From Cyanobacteria bacterium J06626_4 (GTDB lineage Bacteria; Cyanobacteriota; Cyanobacteriia; Phormidesmidales; Phormidesmidaceae): a stretch of 51,702 nt of DNA. Below, piece by piece: positions 1-9,095 of the stretch; within the stretch, counting starts at the first letter, position 1; every line of letters begins with the position of its first letter. The stretch covers positions 1 to 51,702 of the forward strand of contig JBCBJQ010000036.1 in assembly GCA_038523235.1 (NCBI GenBank). The letters are read 5' to 3'. The notes beneath the pieces are model-generated. The model was not told the DNA's origin. It worked only from the letters and a program-made list of their open reading frames with translations, and made no database searches. The position numbers and the translations under genes are program-made.

Positions 1-117
1 AACACAGCGCCATCAGCACTGTAGTCACGAAAAAGTTCGTAATCGCGGCGCCTTTCAGCTGGTGAACAACTGCTGCATAAAACCCAGTGGGGACGTCGCC
101 ATCCGACAGTTCTGTTC

Positions 118-1176
118 TTGATATTGGCCTGCTCGGTAAATGGCTTTTCGAATCAAATCGTCGGCACGTTTTATCACATCCCGGCTGAGCCAGCGCCAAT
201 GGTTTTCTTGGCCCTGGCGGTGCTGCTGCCGCTGCGCTGGCCGCTGCATCTGCTGTCTCAGGCGCTGCCGGTGATCTACTTTGGCGTTGTGCTGCCGCTG
301 CTAGGGATTACTCATGTGGGCGATATTGCGACTTTTGACAGCATTTTTATTTGGGCTACTTTTGCCAACTTGGCTTGGGTTTGTGTGATTTGCAATATCG
401 GCGTATGGGTCTACGAGCGGCTGCAGATCTCAGAGTTTGAGTCGCGGCGACAGCAGCAGCTCTTGCTGCATGCGGTGTCACACGATTTGCGTAATCCGGT
501 GACGGGAACGCTGATGCTGTTGAACAATCTGCTGTTGGGAGGCGAGAAAGTTTCTCTCGATCGCGCCGTGATTACTCGCATGGCGAGAAGTCAAGAACAG
601 CAGCTGCAGCTGATCAATTCGCTGTTAGAGGTGCATGGCCAAAACCTGAATGGCGTTTCATTACAGCTACGATCGCTCAGCCTGAACAATTTGGTCAAGG
701 ATATTACCGAGGATTTTGAGCTGCGGCTCAAACAGGCGCAAGGCCAGATGGTGGTTTCATTGCCTGCCGATTTGCCACTCGTCAGTGCTGATGCGCTACA
801 GCTGCATCGCGTTTACGACAACCTAATCTCGAATGCCTTGCAGTACAACCCGTCTGGCGTGTGTGTTACCCTCGATGCCAGTCAGCAAGGTGACTACCTG
901 CGCTGCACGGTCAGCGATGACGGTGATGGCATTCATGAGCTGACGAGCGATCTCCCGCAGTCAGCTTCCGAGCAACCGTCACAGGCCGACCCCAACCAGT
1001 GGATTTTCGATCGCTACAGCCGGGGACGCAATCATCACCAACCGCTACACCTGGGCCTGGGCCTCAACATTTGTAAGCAAATTGTCGAAGCCCATGGCGG
1101 ACAAATCGGCGTTGAGAGCACTGCCAACCAGGGCACCACGTTTTGGTTTACCCTGCCAACGGCTTCCCTGACCTGA
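118..1176 (+). CDS. Membrane-bound sensor histidine kinase (HisKA + HATPase_c); true N-terminus lies upstream of 118
   Basis: Several hydrophobic segments, H-box SHDLRNP, N-box NLISNA, G1 DDGDG, G2 GLGLNIC...HGGQIGV, GTTFWFTLP. The frame is open from about 43 and reads LLHKTQWGRRHP before 118. Confidence 0.9.
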   Translation: MILACSVNGFSNQIVGTFYHIPAEPAPMVFLALAVLLPLRWPLHLLSQALPVIYFGVVLPLLGITHVGDIATFDSIFIWATFANLAWVCVICNIGVWVYERLQISEFESRRQQQLLLHAVSHDLRNPVTGTLMLLNNLLLGGEKVSLDRAVITRMARSQEQQLQLINSLLEVHGQNLNGVSLQLRSLSLNNLVKDITEDFELRLKQAQGQMVVSLPADLPLVSADALQLHRVYDNLISNALQYNPSGVCVTLDASQQGDYLRCTVSDDGDGIHELTSDLPQSASEQPSQADPNQWIFDRYSRGRNHHQPLHLGLGLNICKQIVEAHGGQIGVESTANQGTTFWFTLPTASLT

Positions 1177-1231
1177 GAAGGAATGATTGTAATTCTTAGA
1201 CGCTGATTGATTCTGAAGGCGATTCATCGGA

Positions 1232-1903
1232 TTAGGCGCACAATCGACCATCTTCCATATGCAGACTACGCTCAGCAATATCGAGAATGCGGTTGTCGTG
1301 GGTGACCATTAGGACGGTGCAGTGTTGCTGGTGGGCCAGTTGTTGAATCAGGTTCACCACGTCGCGACCGGAATGACTATCAAGGGAAGCGGTGGGTTCG
1401 TCAGCGAGCACGATTTTGGGTTCTGCAACCAGGGCACGGGCGATCGCGACCCGCTGTTTTTGCCCACCCGAAAGCTGGTCAGGATGCTTGTGACTGTGTT
1501 CCCCGAGTCCCACTGCCGAGAGCATGGCGTGTGATCGCGATCGCCGCTCTGATTGGGAAATCTTATGCAGCTTCAGCGCCATCTCCACGTTTTCTGCCGC
1601 CGTCAGACAGTCCAGCAGGTTATGGGACTGAAAGATGAAGCCAATTTGATTACGCAGCTTGACCAGCCGCCGTTTCTTCGCGCCTTTCAGCTCTTGATTG
1701 AGAATCTGTAAACTCCCTTCCTGCACCGATCGCAGTGCCCCCATCAGCGTTAGCAAGGTCGTCTTGCCGCTACCAGAGGGGCCAGTAAGCAGCACAATTT
1801 CCCCTGGATACAGCGCCAGCGTGATGTCGCTCAGGACAGTGCGGCGCAGGTTGCCTTTGCCGAAGGCGTGGTTGAGATTGTTGATGGTGACGGTGGGATG
1901 CAT
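1232..1903 (-). CDS. devA: DevA-family ABC exporter ATP-binding subunit
   Basis: Walker A GPSGSGKT, signature [15 protein letters not shown], Walker B VLADEPT; last gene of a devB/devC-like operon. Confidence 0.9.
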   Translation of the reverse strand: MHPTVTINNLNHAFGKGNLRRTVLSDITLALYPGEIVLLTGPSGSGKTTLLTLMGALRSVQEGSLQILNQELKGAKKRRLVKLRNQIGFIFQSHNLLDCLTAAENVEMALKLHKISQSERRSRSHAMLSAVGLGEHSHKHPDQLSGGQKQRVAIARALVAEPKIVLADEPTASLDSHSGRDVVNLIQQLAHQQHCTVLMVTHDNRILDIAERSLHMEDGRLCA

Positions 1904-1941
1904 TTGGGAGTGTGACGGTGGGTGATTGAATGGACGGGTCT

Positions 1942-2050
1942 GTAGGGGCGAGGCATTTTGGCTGTAGCTGACTGGGTTAGAAAGTAGCGTTATCCACCAA
2001 ATGCCTCGCCCCTGCGAGATAACGTTATTTCGAGAATGCCTCGCCCCTGC
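1942..2050. repeat. REP/REPIN-like inverted repeat cluster (GTAG type)
   Basis: GTAGGGGCGAGGCATTT (1942-1958) is inverted relative to AAATGCCTCGCCCCTGC (1999-2015, 16/17 match). A second copy, AATGCCTCGCCCCTGC, lies at 2035-2050. Confidence 0.75.
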
Positions 2051-2068
2051 GGGATATTGAATGACCTA

Positions 2069-2096
2069 TCCAAAATCGCCAATCCAAAATCCCAAA
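2069..2096. repeat. STRR-like 7-bp tandem repeat
   Basis: TCCAAAA TCGCCAA TCCAAAA TCCCAAA directly after the devC stop; heptamer repeats of this kind are typical of filamentous cyanobacteria. Confidence 0.6.
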
Positions 2097-3302
2097 TCAA
2101 AACACATCGGCAGGGTCGGCGGATTGGAGACGGCGGATGGCGATCGCTCCGGACGCACCACACATGACCAGGGTCAGCACAAACACCTGCAGGGCCACGG
2201 CTCCCTTCATCGCAAGGGGGATGCGGGTCATGACCGTCAGCACTTGATACAGTCCGACAGAGGCGGTAAATCCGGGAATGAAGCCCAAAATTGCGAGCAG
2301 CATGGCTTCCATCAGCACGACTCGCAGCAGCGCGCTATCGCTGTAGCCCATGGCTTTGAGGGTGGCGTATTCGGGCAGGTGGTCGCTGATATCGGTGTAG
2401 AGCACCTGGTACACAATGACGATGCCGACAACAAATCCCACGGTGCTACCAAAGCCAAAAATGATGCCAATCGGATCACTCGCCGTGAAGCGCTGCTCTT
2501 TGGCGATCAGCTCCTCTTGAGTGAGCACTTCGACAGTTTCGGGCAAATGGGCCTGCAATTGGGCTTGCACAGTAGCGCGATCGCTGCCTGGTTCCAAAGT
2601 GAGCACCCCTAAGGTGACTTGCTTCAGACTGTTGTTGCCGTACCACCGGGTATAGGTCAGGTCACTCATGACCACGGTGCCTTTTTCGATCACGGTGCTA
2701 CCCAAACTAAACAGCCCCACAACGGTCACACGCCGCCGCGCCATCAGGGTTTGCACGTCTCCTGTTTCCGTCCATTGTTGGGGGATATCGCCCAGCGAGG
2801 GCTGGGAGAGTTCGTCAAACAGCACGGTCTGGGGGGTGCTCAGGCGATCGCGCTGCGCATCTACCCCCGGTAAATTCAGCACAGGCTGAGCCGGATTAAA
2901 GGCAATCACCCGCACCTGAGTGCCAAAGAGATCGCCGCCCTCACCAGGCTCCATAGCCGCATCCAACTGCTGGGGGTTCGTCCAGGTCGCCATACTCAAA
3001 TACAGCGGCGCGGCCGTCGCCACCCCATCTACGGCATTGGCCTGCAATAGATAGGCCCGTGGCAAAGTCGATGGAAAGCGCAACGTCGGGCTAAAAGACG
3101 ACACCAAAAATAGATCGCCCCGCAGGTTTTCATGCAGGGTGGTGGTGCCGTCTGAGATGAGCGCCTCTAACCCCATCATGGTGAACATGAGAATGTTGGC
3201 AAAGCTCACACCGGTCAGCGCCACTGCTAAACGTATCTTTTGATGAGATAGCTGCGCCCAAGCGAGGGGTTTAGGCAGGCGCGAGAAGAGGAGTTTGAAC
3301 AT
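2097..3302 (-). CDS. devC: DevC-family ABC exporter permease (FtsX-like)
   Basis: N-terminal PLAWAQLSHQKIRL, YQVLYTDISDHLPEYATLKAMGY, C-terminal LQSADPADVF; ATG at 3302 preceded by AGGAG. Confidence 0.9.
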   Translation of the reverse strand: MFKLLFSRLPKPLAWAQLSHQKIRLAVALTGVSFANILMFTMMGLEALISDGTTTLHENLRGDLFLVSSFSPTLRFPSTLPRAYLLQANAVDGVATAAPLYLSMATWTNPQQLDAAMEPGEGGDLFGTQVRVIAFNPAQPVLNLPGVDAQRDRLSTPQTVLFDELSQPSLGDIPQQWTETGDVQTLMARRRVTVVGLFSLGSTVIEKGTVVMSDLTYTRWYGNNSLKQVTLGVLTLEPGSDRATVQAQLQAHLPETVEVLTQEELIAKEQRFTASDPIGIIFGFGSTVGFVVGIVIVYQVLYTDISDHLPEYATLKAMGYSDSALLRVVLMEAMLLAILGFIPGFTASVGLYQVLTVMTRIPLAMKGAVALQVFVLTLVMCGASGAIAIRRLQSADPADVF

Positions 3303-3316
3303 GATCTCCTTGGCAA

Positions 3317-4165
3317 CTACAACAAATTCAAACTGGCCAAGCATCTTCGAGTGATGGCTTGCCTAGCTGGTAGATCAGATTCATCTTGAATATCGATGTT
3401 GGTGGCAAAGAAATAAACATTGTCATTTTGTTCTAGATAGCCGACATACCAACCTACGTTGCTAGCTAATGCCCAACCCGTTTTTGCGCGCATGGTATAG
3501 TCTGGCGTTTGCTCCACAATCATGATGTCTTTAACGATCTCGATCGTGCTTTCGGAGAAGGGCAATTCGTTCTTATACAAACGCTGTAAAAACTGAATCT
3601 GTTCCTGCGGGGTAATGCGGAGGTCGCCGGTCAGCCAGAAAGTGTCAACATCTTCAGCACTGCCAATATTTCCATTTCCATAACCGATACTGGCCACCCA
3701 TTCTTGCATCCGTTCATGGCCAATGCGGCGAGCCAAAACCTGATAGAACCAGACTGCCGAAAACTTAAAGGCCAATCGAATATTGAGGTCTTGGTTCCAA
3801 ACTGGGTAACTTCTCACAATTCCATCCCAAGTTAAAACAGAGACGTCGCTCTCAATGACTCTATTCTCTAGAGCAATGAGCGAATTAGGGATTTTGAAAG
3901 TTGAAGCAGGTAGAAAAGGAGTGGTGTTACGTTCAGGGTTGTATTGATGTATGAGGCTCTGATTGAGATCAAAAATTAAAATGGAGCCTTCAACATCTAA
4001 GTCTTCGAAATGTTGAGAAAAGTGAGTATTTTCCTGATCGGTTGACTGAGAAATACTGGGATTTAAAATTTGAAGGTTGGCTTCAGCGAGAGCGATTTTT
4101 CCAGAGAGAACAATACAACAGCCACTCAGGGTCATTAAGCTAATAAGACGAGCTACTTGGTTCAT
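3317..4165 (-). CDS. Class D (OXA-like) beta-lactamase / penicillin-binding transpeptidase-fold protein
   Basis: Signal peptide, STFK (PASTFKIPNSL), SAV (SxV), YGN, FWL and KTG motifs. Confidence 0.88.
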   Translation of the reverse strand: MNQVARLISLMTLSGCCIVLSGKIALAEANLQILNPSISQSTDQENTHFSQHFEDLDVEGSILIFDLNQSLIHQYNPERNTTPFLPASTFKIPNSLIALENRVIESDVSVLTWDGIVRSYPVWNQDLNIRLAFKFSAVWFYQVLARRIGHERMQEWVASIGYGNGNIGSAEDVDTFWLTGDLRITPQEQIQFLQRLYKNELPFSESTIEIVKDIMIVEQTPDYTMRAKTGWALASNVGWYVGYLEQNDNVYFFATNIDIQDESDLPARQAITRRCLASLNLL

Positions 4166-4291
4166 TTTTTGGATCGAATCTGTGTTTGACTCTATTAATA
4201 ATGCAAGGGTTTCAGACTAATTCCAAACGTCTTGAAGGCTGGATCGCCAACGCGAGCCATGGCTTGGTCGCCAAACGGCAAGACAGCCACT

Positions 4292-5494
4292 TTAACTGTC
4301 TGCCGCCACCTCATCTTCAATGGCGATCGCGACTCTTACCTGCATTCCCGTCAGTGCGGCTACGGCCTTGCTGGCTTCGTCATCCAGACGCACTTTAACC
4401 GTGACCACACGGGCGTTGACATCCTGGGTGGGGTCGGCGTCTCCTTCCCCAAAGGTGGCCGTGCCAATTTGCAACCCAATCTGATCGACGGTGCCCATGA
4501 GTTCCTGGGCGGTGCCGCCGTATTCGCTAGTAACGGTGACCGCTTGACCAAGACTGACCTGACGAATGTCGGTTTCATACACTTCTGCCAGCACCATCAT
4601 CTGGTCCGTTTGAGCCAGCTCCACGATGCCCTCTTGGGTATTGACCTGCTCGCCAATCTGGGTGTTGATTTTGAGGATTTGTCCGGCGACGGGGGCGCGT
4701 ACGAGCACGTCATCCAGGTCGGCTTGCCGCTGTGAAACTTGGCTCTGGGCCTGTTCGAGCTGGGCTTGAGCGATCGCGATCGCCTCTGGCGTGGTCTGTC
4801 GCAGTTCGACCAGCCGGGCTTGTTCTTCCAAAATTTGCGATCGCACAGTGGTCTCTGTTTCATCCAATGCTGCTTGCTTCTGGGCCAACTCGGCCTGAGC
4901 CGTTTCGTAGTTGCGTTGGGCAATATCCAACTGCGAGCGGCTTTCGGCCCCCACGGCAGCGAGTTCTTGATACCGCTGATAGTTGATCTCGGCCTCGCGT
5001 AGGTTGGCTTGAGCTAACTCGATATCCGCCTGCCGCTGTTGGGCTTGAGTGGTGAGTTGAGCTTCTAGCCGGTTGATTTGGGCCTGCTGGGCCTCTACCG
5101 AGGCCGCCTTCACACTACCCGTCTGAATTTGGCTCAACTCCGCCTGTCGCTGTTTCACCAAAGCATAAGCCGCTTGCAGATCCGCTTGACGGCGCTCGGC
5201 CCCTTGCAGCACGGCGATGACCTGTCCGGCCTCAACGCGATCGCCCTCCGCGACGCGAATTTCATTCACCCGACTATCGGCAGCGTTGGGCACCGACAGG
5301 CGAATTACCTCACCTTCTGGCTCGATGCGACCTAGTGCCACGACGGCGTCCAGCTCCACAACAGTCGGCATCGCCTTTGTCTCCTCTGTTTGTGAACCTA
5401 TTGGCAAGGTACAGCCGGTTACCGCCAGGGTGACGGCTGAAACAGCGACAGTAAAAGCAAGGGATAGTCTACAGAACATGATCACACTGCTCAT
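4292..5494 (-). CDS. devB: DevB-family (HlyD-type) membrane fusion protein
   Basis: VVALGRIEPEGEVIRLS, long coiled coil, VRAPVAGQILKIN, AEVYETDI, LTGMQVRVAI. Confidence 0.88.
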   Translation of the reverse strand: MSSVIMFCRLSLAFTVAVSAVTLAVTGCTLPIGSQTEETKAMPTVVELDAVVALGRIEPEGEVIRLSVPNAADSRVNEIRVAEGDRVEAGQVIAVLQGAERRQADLQAAYALVKQRQAELSQIQTGSVKAASVEAQQAQINRLEAQLTTQAQQRQADIELAQANLREAEINYQRYQELAAVGAESRSQLDIAQRNYETAQAELAQKQAALDETETTVRSQILEEQARLVELRQTTPEAIAIAQAQLEQAQSQVSQRQADLDDVLVRAPVAGQILKINTQIGEQVNTQEGIVELAQTDQMMVLAEVYETDIRQVSLGQAVTVTSEYGGTAQELMGTVDQIGLQIGTATFGEGDADPTQDVNARVVTVKVRLDDEASKAVAALTGMQVRVAIAIEDEVAADS

Positions 5495-5512
5495 GATTGG
5501 GAAAAACTGGCA

Positions 5513-5806
5513 CTAGCTCTCACTGATGCAGGTGCGACCTTGAACCGGCGCGGTTTCAACACTGCGGACGATGCAGTTGGGATTAGCCGCGATCGTCGTT
5601 GCCAGCGATCGCTCTGGCTGTAATGAGCGGGTCGCGGTAGATGTTGGCAAAGGCTGCGTGTATTTGAGCATGTCCCAAGCCACGACGAGCAAGACACTGC
5701 CAGCAACTAGGATTAGTAGCACCGCCTCGGCGATGAGCAGACCATGCACCCATTGCCCATAGCGCGGTCGCCGCACCAAATTGGCCGCTCTTGAACGGGT
5801 TGCCAT
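5513..5806 (-). CDS. Small single-TM hypothetical protein upstream of devB
   Basis: ATG start, one hydrophobic helix, stop 18 bp before the devB start. Confidence 0.5.
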   Translation of the reverse strand: MATRSRAANLVRRPRYGQWVHGLLIAEAVLLILVAGSVLLVVAWDMLKYTQPLPTSTATRSLQPERSLATTIAANPNCIVRSVETAPVQGRTCISES

Positions 5807-6156
5807 CACAAATTAGGAATTCGACCTTTTGAAGATAGGCCGCAGGACGAGCGCTGCCCCACCTGCAAGTGGGTAGTCATCTAGAGGGGGCGTTACTCAC
5901 CTAGTTGGGTAGACCTACAGCAGGAGGCTAAGGTTTTGACGCTGACTTAAGCTGCAGAAATAGCTATTTAATAGCCGTTCTTTTTGTTTGTACCGGAGTA
6001 CATTGATGGCATCCGAGAGCTTCCCAATCGTCAAAATCTAGGGCCCCCCCTTGAGCTGTCTTGCTCGTGCCGATTGGGGGATTTTTGATCTGTCCGTTTT
6101 GCCGGATGGTCTGCTGACCTGTAGTACTTGATGGCGTAAGTCCCAATACCAATCGG

Positions 6157-6255
6157 CCCTCATCCCCCAGCCCCTTCTCCCAAAACTGGGAGAAGGGGAG
6201 CGTGCAATGGTTTGAAGTCCCTCTCTCAAATTTGAGAGAGGGATTTAGGGTGTAG
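6157..6255. repeat. Cyanobacterial double-hairpin dispersed repeat
   Basis: CCCTCATCCCCCAGCCCCTTCTCCCA-AAAC-TGGGAGAAGGGG followed by TCCCTCTCTCAA-AT-TTGAGAGAGGGA-TTTAGGGTG; two perfect stems with complementary outer ends. Confidence 0.7.
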
Positions 6256-6349
6256 ACGCGCAGCGACTTCTCACAGAGGGGGTAATGGGTGGGCAAATTT
6301 ACGCCGTGCGGTAGTCGACATAAGACGGTGCTCAGAATAGCAGCGGCTG

Positions 6350-6892
6350 CTATTCAATGGGGTCTGACTCAATCATGGAGTTCACGACTCGCAAAAGCTC
6401 ATCCTGTGAAATGCCCTCTGCTACCGCCCCCAGCACATACCCCGTCTGATCTTGCTGCCAGGCAACATAGCGGATTTCGCCCGCGCCATAGTCAACGGAG
6501 AGGTAGTCTCCCGTAATGTTGCTAGACAACGCTACCGAGGTCAGATCATCTTGGTGTCGCTGCTGCCAGTCGGCAAAGGCAGTCAGATGCATAACAGCCG
6601 CCCCGCCGACGGTCAGACAATCTGGCTGCACGCCGCGATCGCAATCAGGATCAGGCGATAGATACACTACCAGGCCCGTATCGCCGACATCAACCGAAGG
6701 GTAGAGCGGTTCTGGCTGCTCGGGTACATAGCTCGGCAGTCGCATCTGCAAGTCACCGGGTAGCTGCCGCTGAATATCTGGCAAGACGGCATCAAACAAG
6801 GGCGCAGGCGCGGCCTGGGCGGCAAGAGGGGACAGCAAGGTTCCTAATAAAAGGAAATCGCGCAGTCTGGTTTGCCAAAAAAATCGCTGCAT
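6350..6892 (-). CDS. Secreted hypothetical protein
   Basis: Likely start MQRFFW; signal peptide ending AAQA; IQRQLP..MRLPSYVP and a Cys pair; divergent from the two-component system. Confidence 0.7.
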   Translation of the reverse strand: MQRFFWQTRLRDFLLLGTLLSPLAAQAAPAPLFDAVLPDIQRQLPGDLQMRLPSYVPEQPEPLYPSVDVGDTGLVVYLSPDPDCDRGVQPDCLTVGGAAVMHLTAFADWQQRHQDDLTSVALSSNITGDYLSVDYGAGEIRYVAWQQDQTGYVLGAVAEGISQDELLRVVNSMIESDPIE

Positions 6893-6981
6893 CGAAGCAA
6901 TTCCTAACGTAATGACGTGAACGCTCATCACTTTAGGGAGGTCGTTGCCCTCACGGGACTACCTGGAGTCATCTCATAACC

Positions 6982-6995
6982 ATGACTCTAGTCAT
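6982..6995. promoter_or_regulatory. Palindromic operator ATGAC-N4-GTCAT (candidate NarL-type response regulator site)
   Basis: ATGACTCTAGTCAT, with a half-site GAGTCAT about 23 bp away; the same motif occurs at 8941. Confidence 0.5.
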
Positions 6996-7033
6996 CACGG
7001 CGATCGCCACCGTCGCCGTATTGTACAAACATT

Positions 7034-7091
7034 AGGACTTACGCATGGCCCCTTTGCGTCCCCCAAAACCGGATGCAACGGCGTAAGTCCT
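7034..7091. mobile_element. Miniature inverted-repeat element (MITE-like)
   Basis: Perfect 11-bp terminal inverted repeats AGGACTTACGC / GCGTAAGTCCT; a lone GGCGTAAGTCC end also lies near 6133. Confidence 0.6.
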
Positions 7092-7122
7092 GAAATAGCT
7101 GATTTCTATCTCGTTGCTGGCA

Positions 7123-8295
7123 ATGGCTGTATCCACCTGCTCATCTCAACTGCGCCGCACCCTCCGCTGGGTGGAATGGTTTCTTTTAGGGGTGAGTTTG
7201 ATTCAAAATTGGCTCGCTTCTCACCTCGAAACGCAAGCGCCGCCCCTGCTATGGGCCTATCTTTTGGGGGGCGTTTTTTGGGTATTCAGTCTGAGCTTTC
7301 CCATCTCGCGATCGCTCTGGCAGCGGCGACTCTACGTCTTCCTACAGCTCGGTTTAATTCTGACGGCCTTCGCTTGGGAGGTGTGGTTCGAACTGTTGCT
7401 CTACTTTGTTTTGGTGAAGAGCTGCTTCCTGCTGCCTCGGCGCGAAGTCATTATCGCTGTCCTAGTGGCCGGTATTGGCGAAACCGTCATTATCGCCCAG
7501 TGGATTCCGAACCGAATCGACGACATTTTGGCCCAGATTCAGGCCGGACAAGCTGAGTCAATCTACAACGTTCAAGTCATTCTCTTTAGTAATATCGTGA
7601 GTTATGTGGGGATCAGCTTTTTCGCGGTGTGCTTTGGGTTCATCATGGTGGCCGAACGCCAGAGTCGGCTGCGGGCTGAGACCCTTTCTCAGCAAGTGGA
7701 AGCCCAGGCCGTCGCGCTAGAACGCACCCGCATTGCCCGCGATATCCACGATGGGTTGGGCCATTCTCTCACCACCCTCAGCGTTCAGCTTGAACTGATC
7801 CAGCGGCTCACCCAGCAAGAGCCCGTCGCGGCGGCGGGGGCTTTAGCCACGGCGCAGCAGCTCACCCACCAGTGTTTGCAAGATGTGCGGCTGTCGGTAC
7901 AAACCATGCGGCAAAGTAATTTTGATCTCAATCAGGCGATACGAGAACTCATTGACCAAATTCACGCGCTCCATACCCTCAGAATCGATTACCAACTGCA
8001 GTTCCCGGTGTTGCCGCCTCAGGTGGCTCATCAAATTTATTGCATTTTGCAGGAGGGGCTAACCAATCTTCAAAAACATGCCCAAGCTCAGCAGGTGCAT
8101 TTGCACGGGTACGCCACAAGTACAGATATTTGGCTAGAGCTGCAAGATGATGGCGTGGGGTTTGACTCGGATGGCGTGTTGCCAGGGTTTGGGCTGCGAG
8201 GTATGCAAGAGCGCACCCAACTCCTCAAGGGGCAGCTCAAGGTGCAGAGCCAGATCGGCAAAGGAACCTTTATTCAGGTGTGTATTCCCCGATGA
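7123..8295 (+). CDS. Sensor histidine kinase, HisKA_3 (NarX/DesK-like) family
   Basis: Multiple TM helices, ERTRIARDIHDGLGHSL, QEGLTNLQKHA, DDGVGF, GFGLRGMQER. Confidence 0.92.
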   Translation: MAVSTCSSQLRRTLRWVEWFLLGVSLIQNWLASHLETQAPPLLWAYLLGGVFWVFSLSFPISRSLWQRRLYVFLQLGLILTAFAWEVWFELLLYFVLVKSCFLLPRREVIIAVLVAGIGETVIIAQWIPNRIDDILAQIQAGQAESIYNVQVILFSNIVSYVGISFFAVCFGFIMVAERQSRLRAETLSQQVEAQAVALERTRIARDIHDGLGHSLTTLSVQLELIQRLTQQEPVAAAGALATAQQLTHQCLQDVRLSVQTMRQSNFDLNQAIRELIDQIHALHTLRIDYQLQFPVLPPQVAHQIYCILQEGLTNLQKHAQAQQVHLHGYATSTDIWLELQDDGVGFDSDGVLPGFGLRGMQERTQLLKGQLKVQSQIGKGTFIQVCIPR

Positions 8296-8948
8296 TTCGT
8301 CTGATGTTGGCTGATGATCAAGCGATGTTCCGTCAGGGACTGGCGCGTCTTCTGAGCTTAGAGCCGGATATGGCGGTATTGGCTGAGGCGATGGATGGTC
8401 GCGCGGCGATCGCCCTGGCCGAGCAACACCAGCCCGACGTCATTTTGATGGATATGCGCATGCCGCAGGTCGATGGCGTGGCCGCCACGCGCGAGATTCA
8501 TCAACGACTGCCCTGGATTCGCATTCTGGTGCTATCGACCTTTGACGAAGATGACTATATCCAGGCGTCGCTCCGGGCGGGGGCGTTGGGCTATTTGCTC
8601 AAAAGTACGCCTTCGCCCCAGTTGGCGGCGGCCATTCGCACGGTTTACCAAGGCTACGGCCACCTCGGCCCCACCATTGCGCCGAAGGTATTTACTCAGC
8701 GTCGCCCAACTTCCTCTGCGACAGACTATCAGCATCTATTTACCCATCGCGAGCTCGACATTCTGCACCTGCTGCGGCAAGGCCACACGAATCGCGAGAT
8801 GGCCACGGCCCTTCATCTGAGTGTCGGCACCGTCAAAAACCACTTGACCCGGATCCTCTCGCAGTTAGGGGTGCGAGATCGCACTCAGGCCGCCCTATGG
8901 GCCCACCAACACCTCACAGATTTCCCCACCGATGCTGGGCATGACTAA
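8292..8948 (+). CDS. NarL/LuxR-family response regulator
   Basis: Receiver domain (ADD, LMDMRMP, GYLLK) and HTH (THRELDIL...TVKNHLTRIL..LGVRDRTQAA); ATGA overlap with the kinase. Confidence 0.93.
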   Translation: MIRLMLADDQAMFRQGLARLLSLEPDMAVLAEAMDGRAAIALAEQHQPDVILMDMRMPQVDGVAATREIHQRLPWIRILVLSTFDEDDYIQASLRAGALGYLLKSTPSPQLAAAIRTVYQGYGHLGPTIAPKVFTQRRPTSSATDYQHLFTHRELDILHLLRQGHTNREMATALHLSVGTVKNHLTRILSQLGVRDRTQAALWAHQHLTDFPTDAGHD

Positions 8949-8976
8949 CGTCATAGCGATCGCTGACGTTAGTCCC
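8941..8976. promoter_or_regulatory. Tandem palindromic operator ATGAC-N4-GTCAT upstream of the 9096 gene
   Basis: ATGACTAACGTCAT (8941-8954) and degenerate CTGACGTTAGTCCC (8963-8976), 22 bp apart. Confidence 0.5.
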
Positions 8977-9095
8977 GGACGACTCACCCTTCACCTTCCT
9001 ATGATGGCTCCGTCACATCGATTGGCGAGGCCGTGGCCGATCAACGTGACGAACTGATTGATTCGGTCACACCCCCTTGAAATGGAGAACGAACC

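Noticed and set aside
5964..6296. ORFs spanning the intergenic repeat cluster
   Set aside because: They translate dispersed repeat DNA (e.g. PSPSFGRRGWGMR), a common source of spurious cyanobacterial ORFs.
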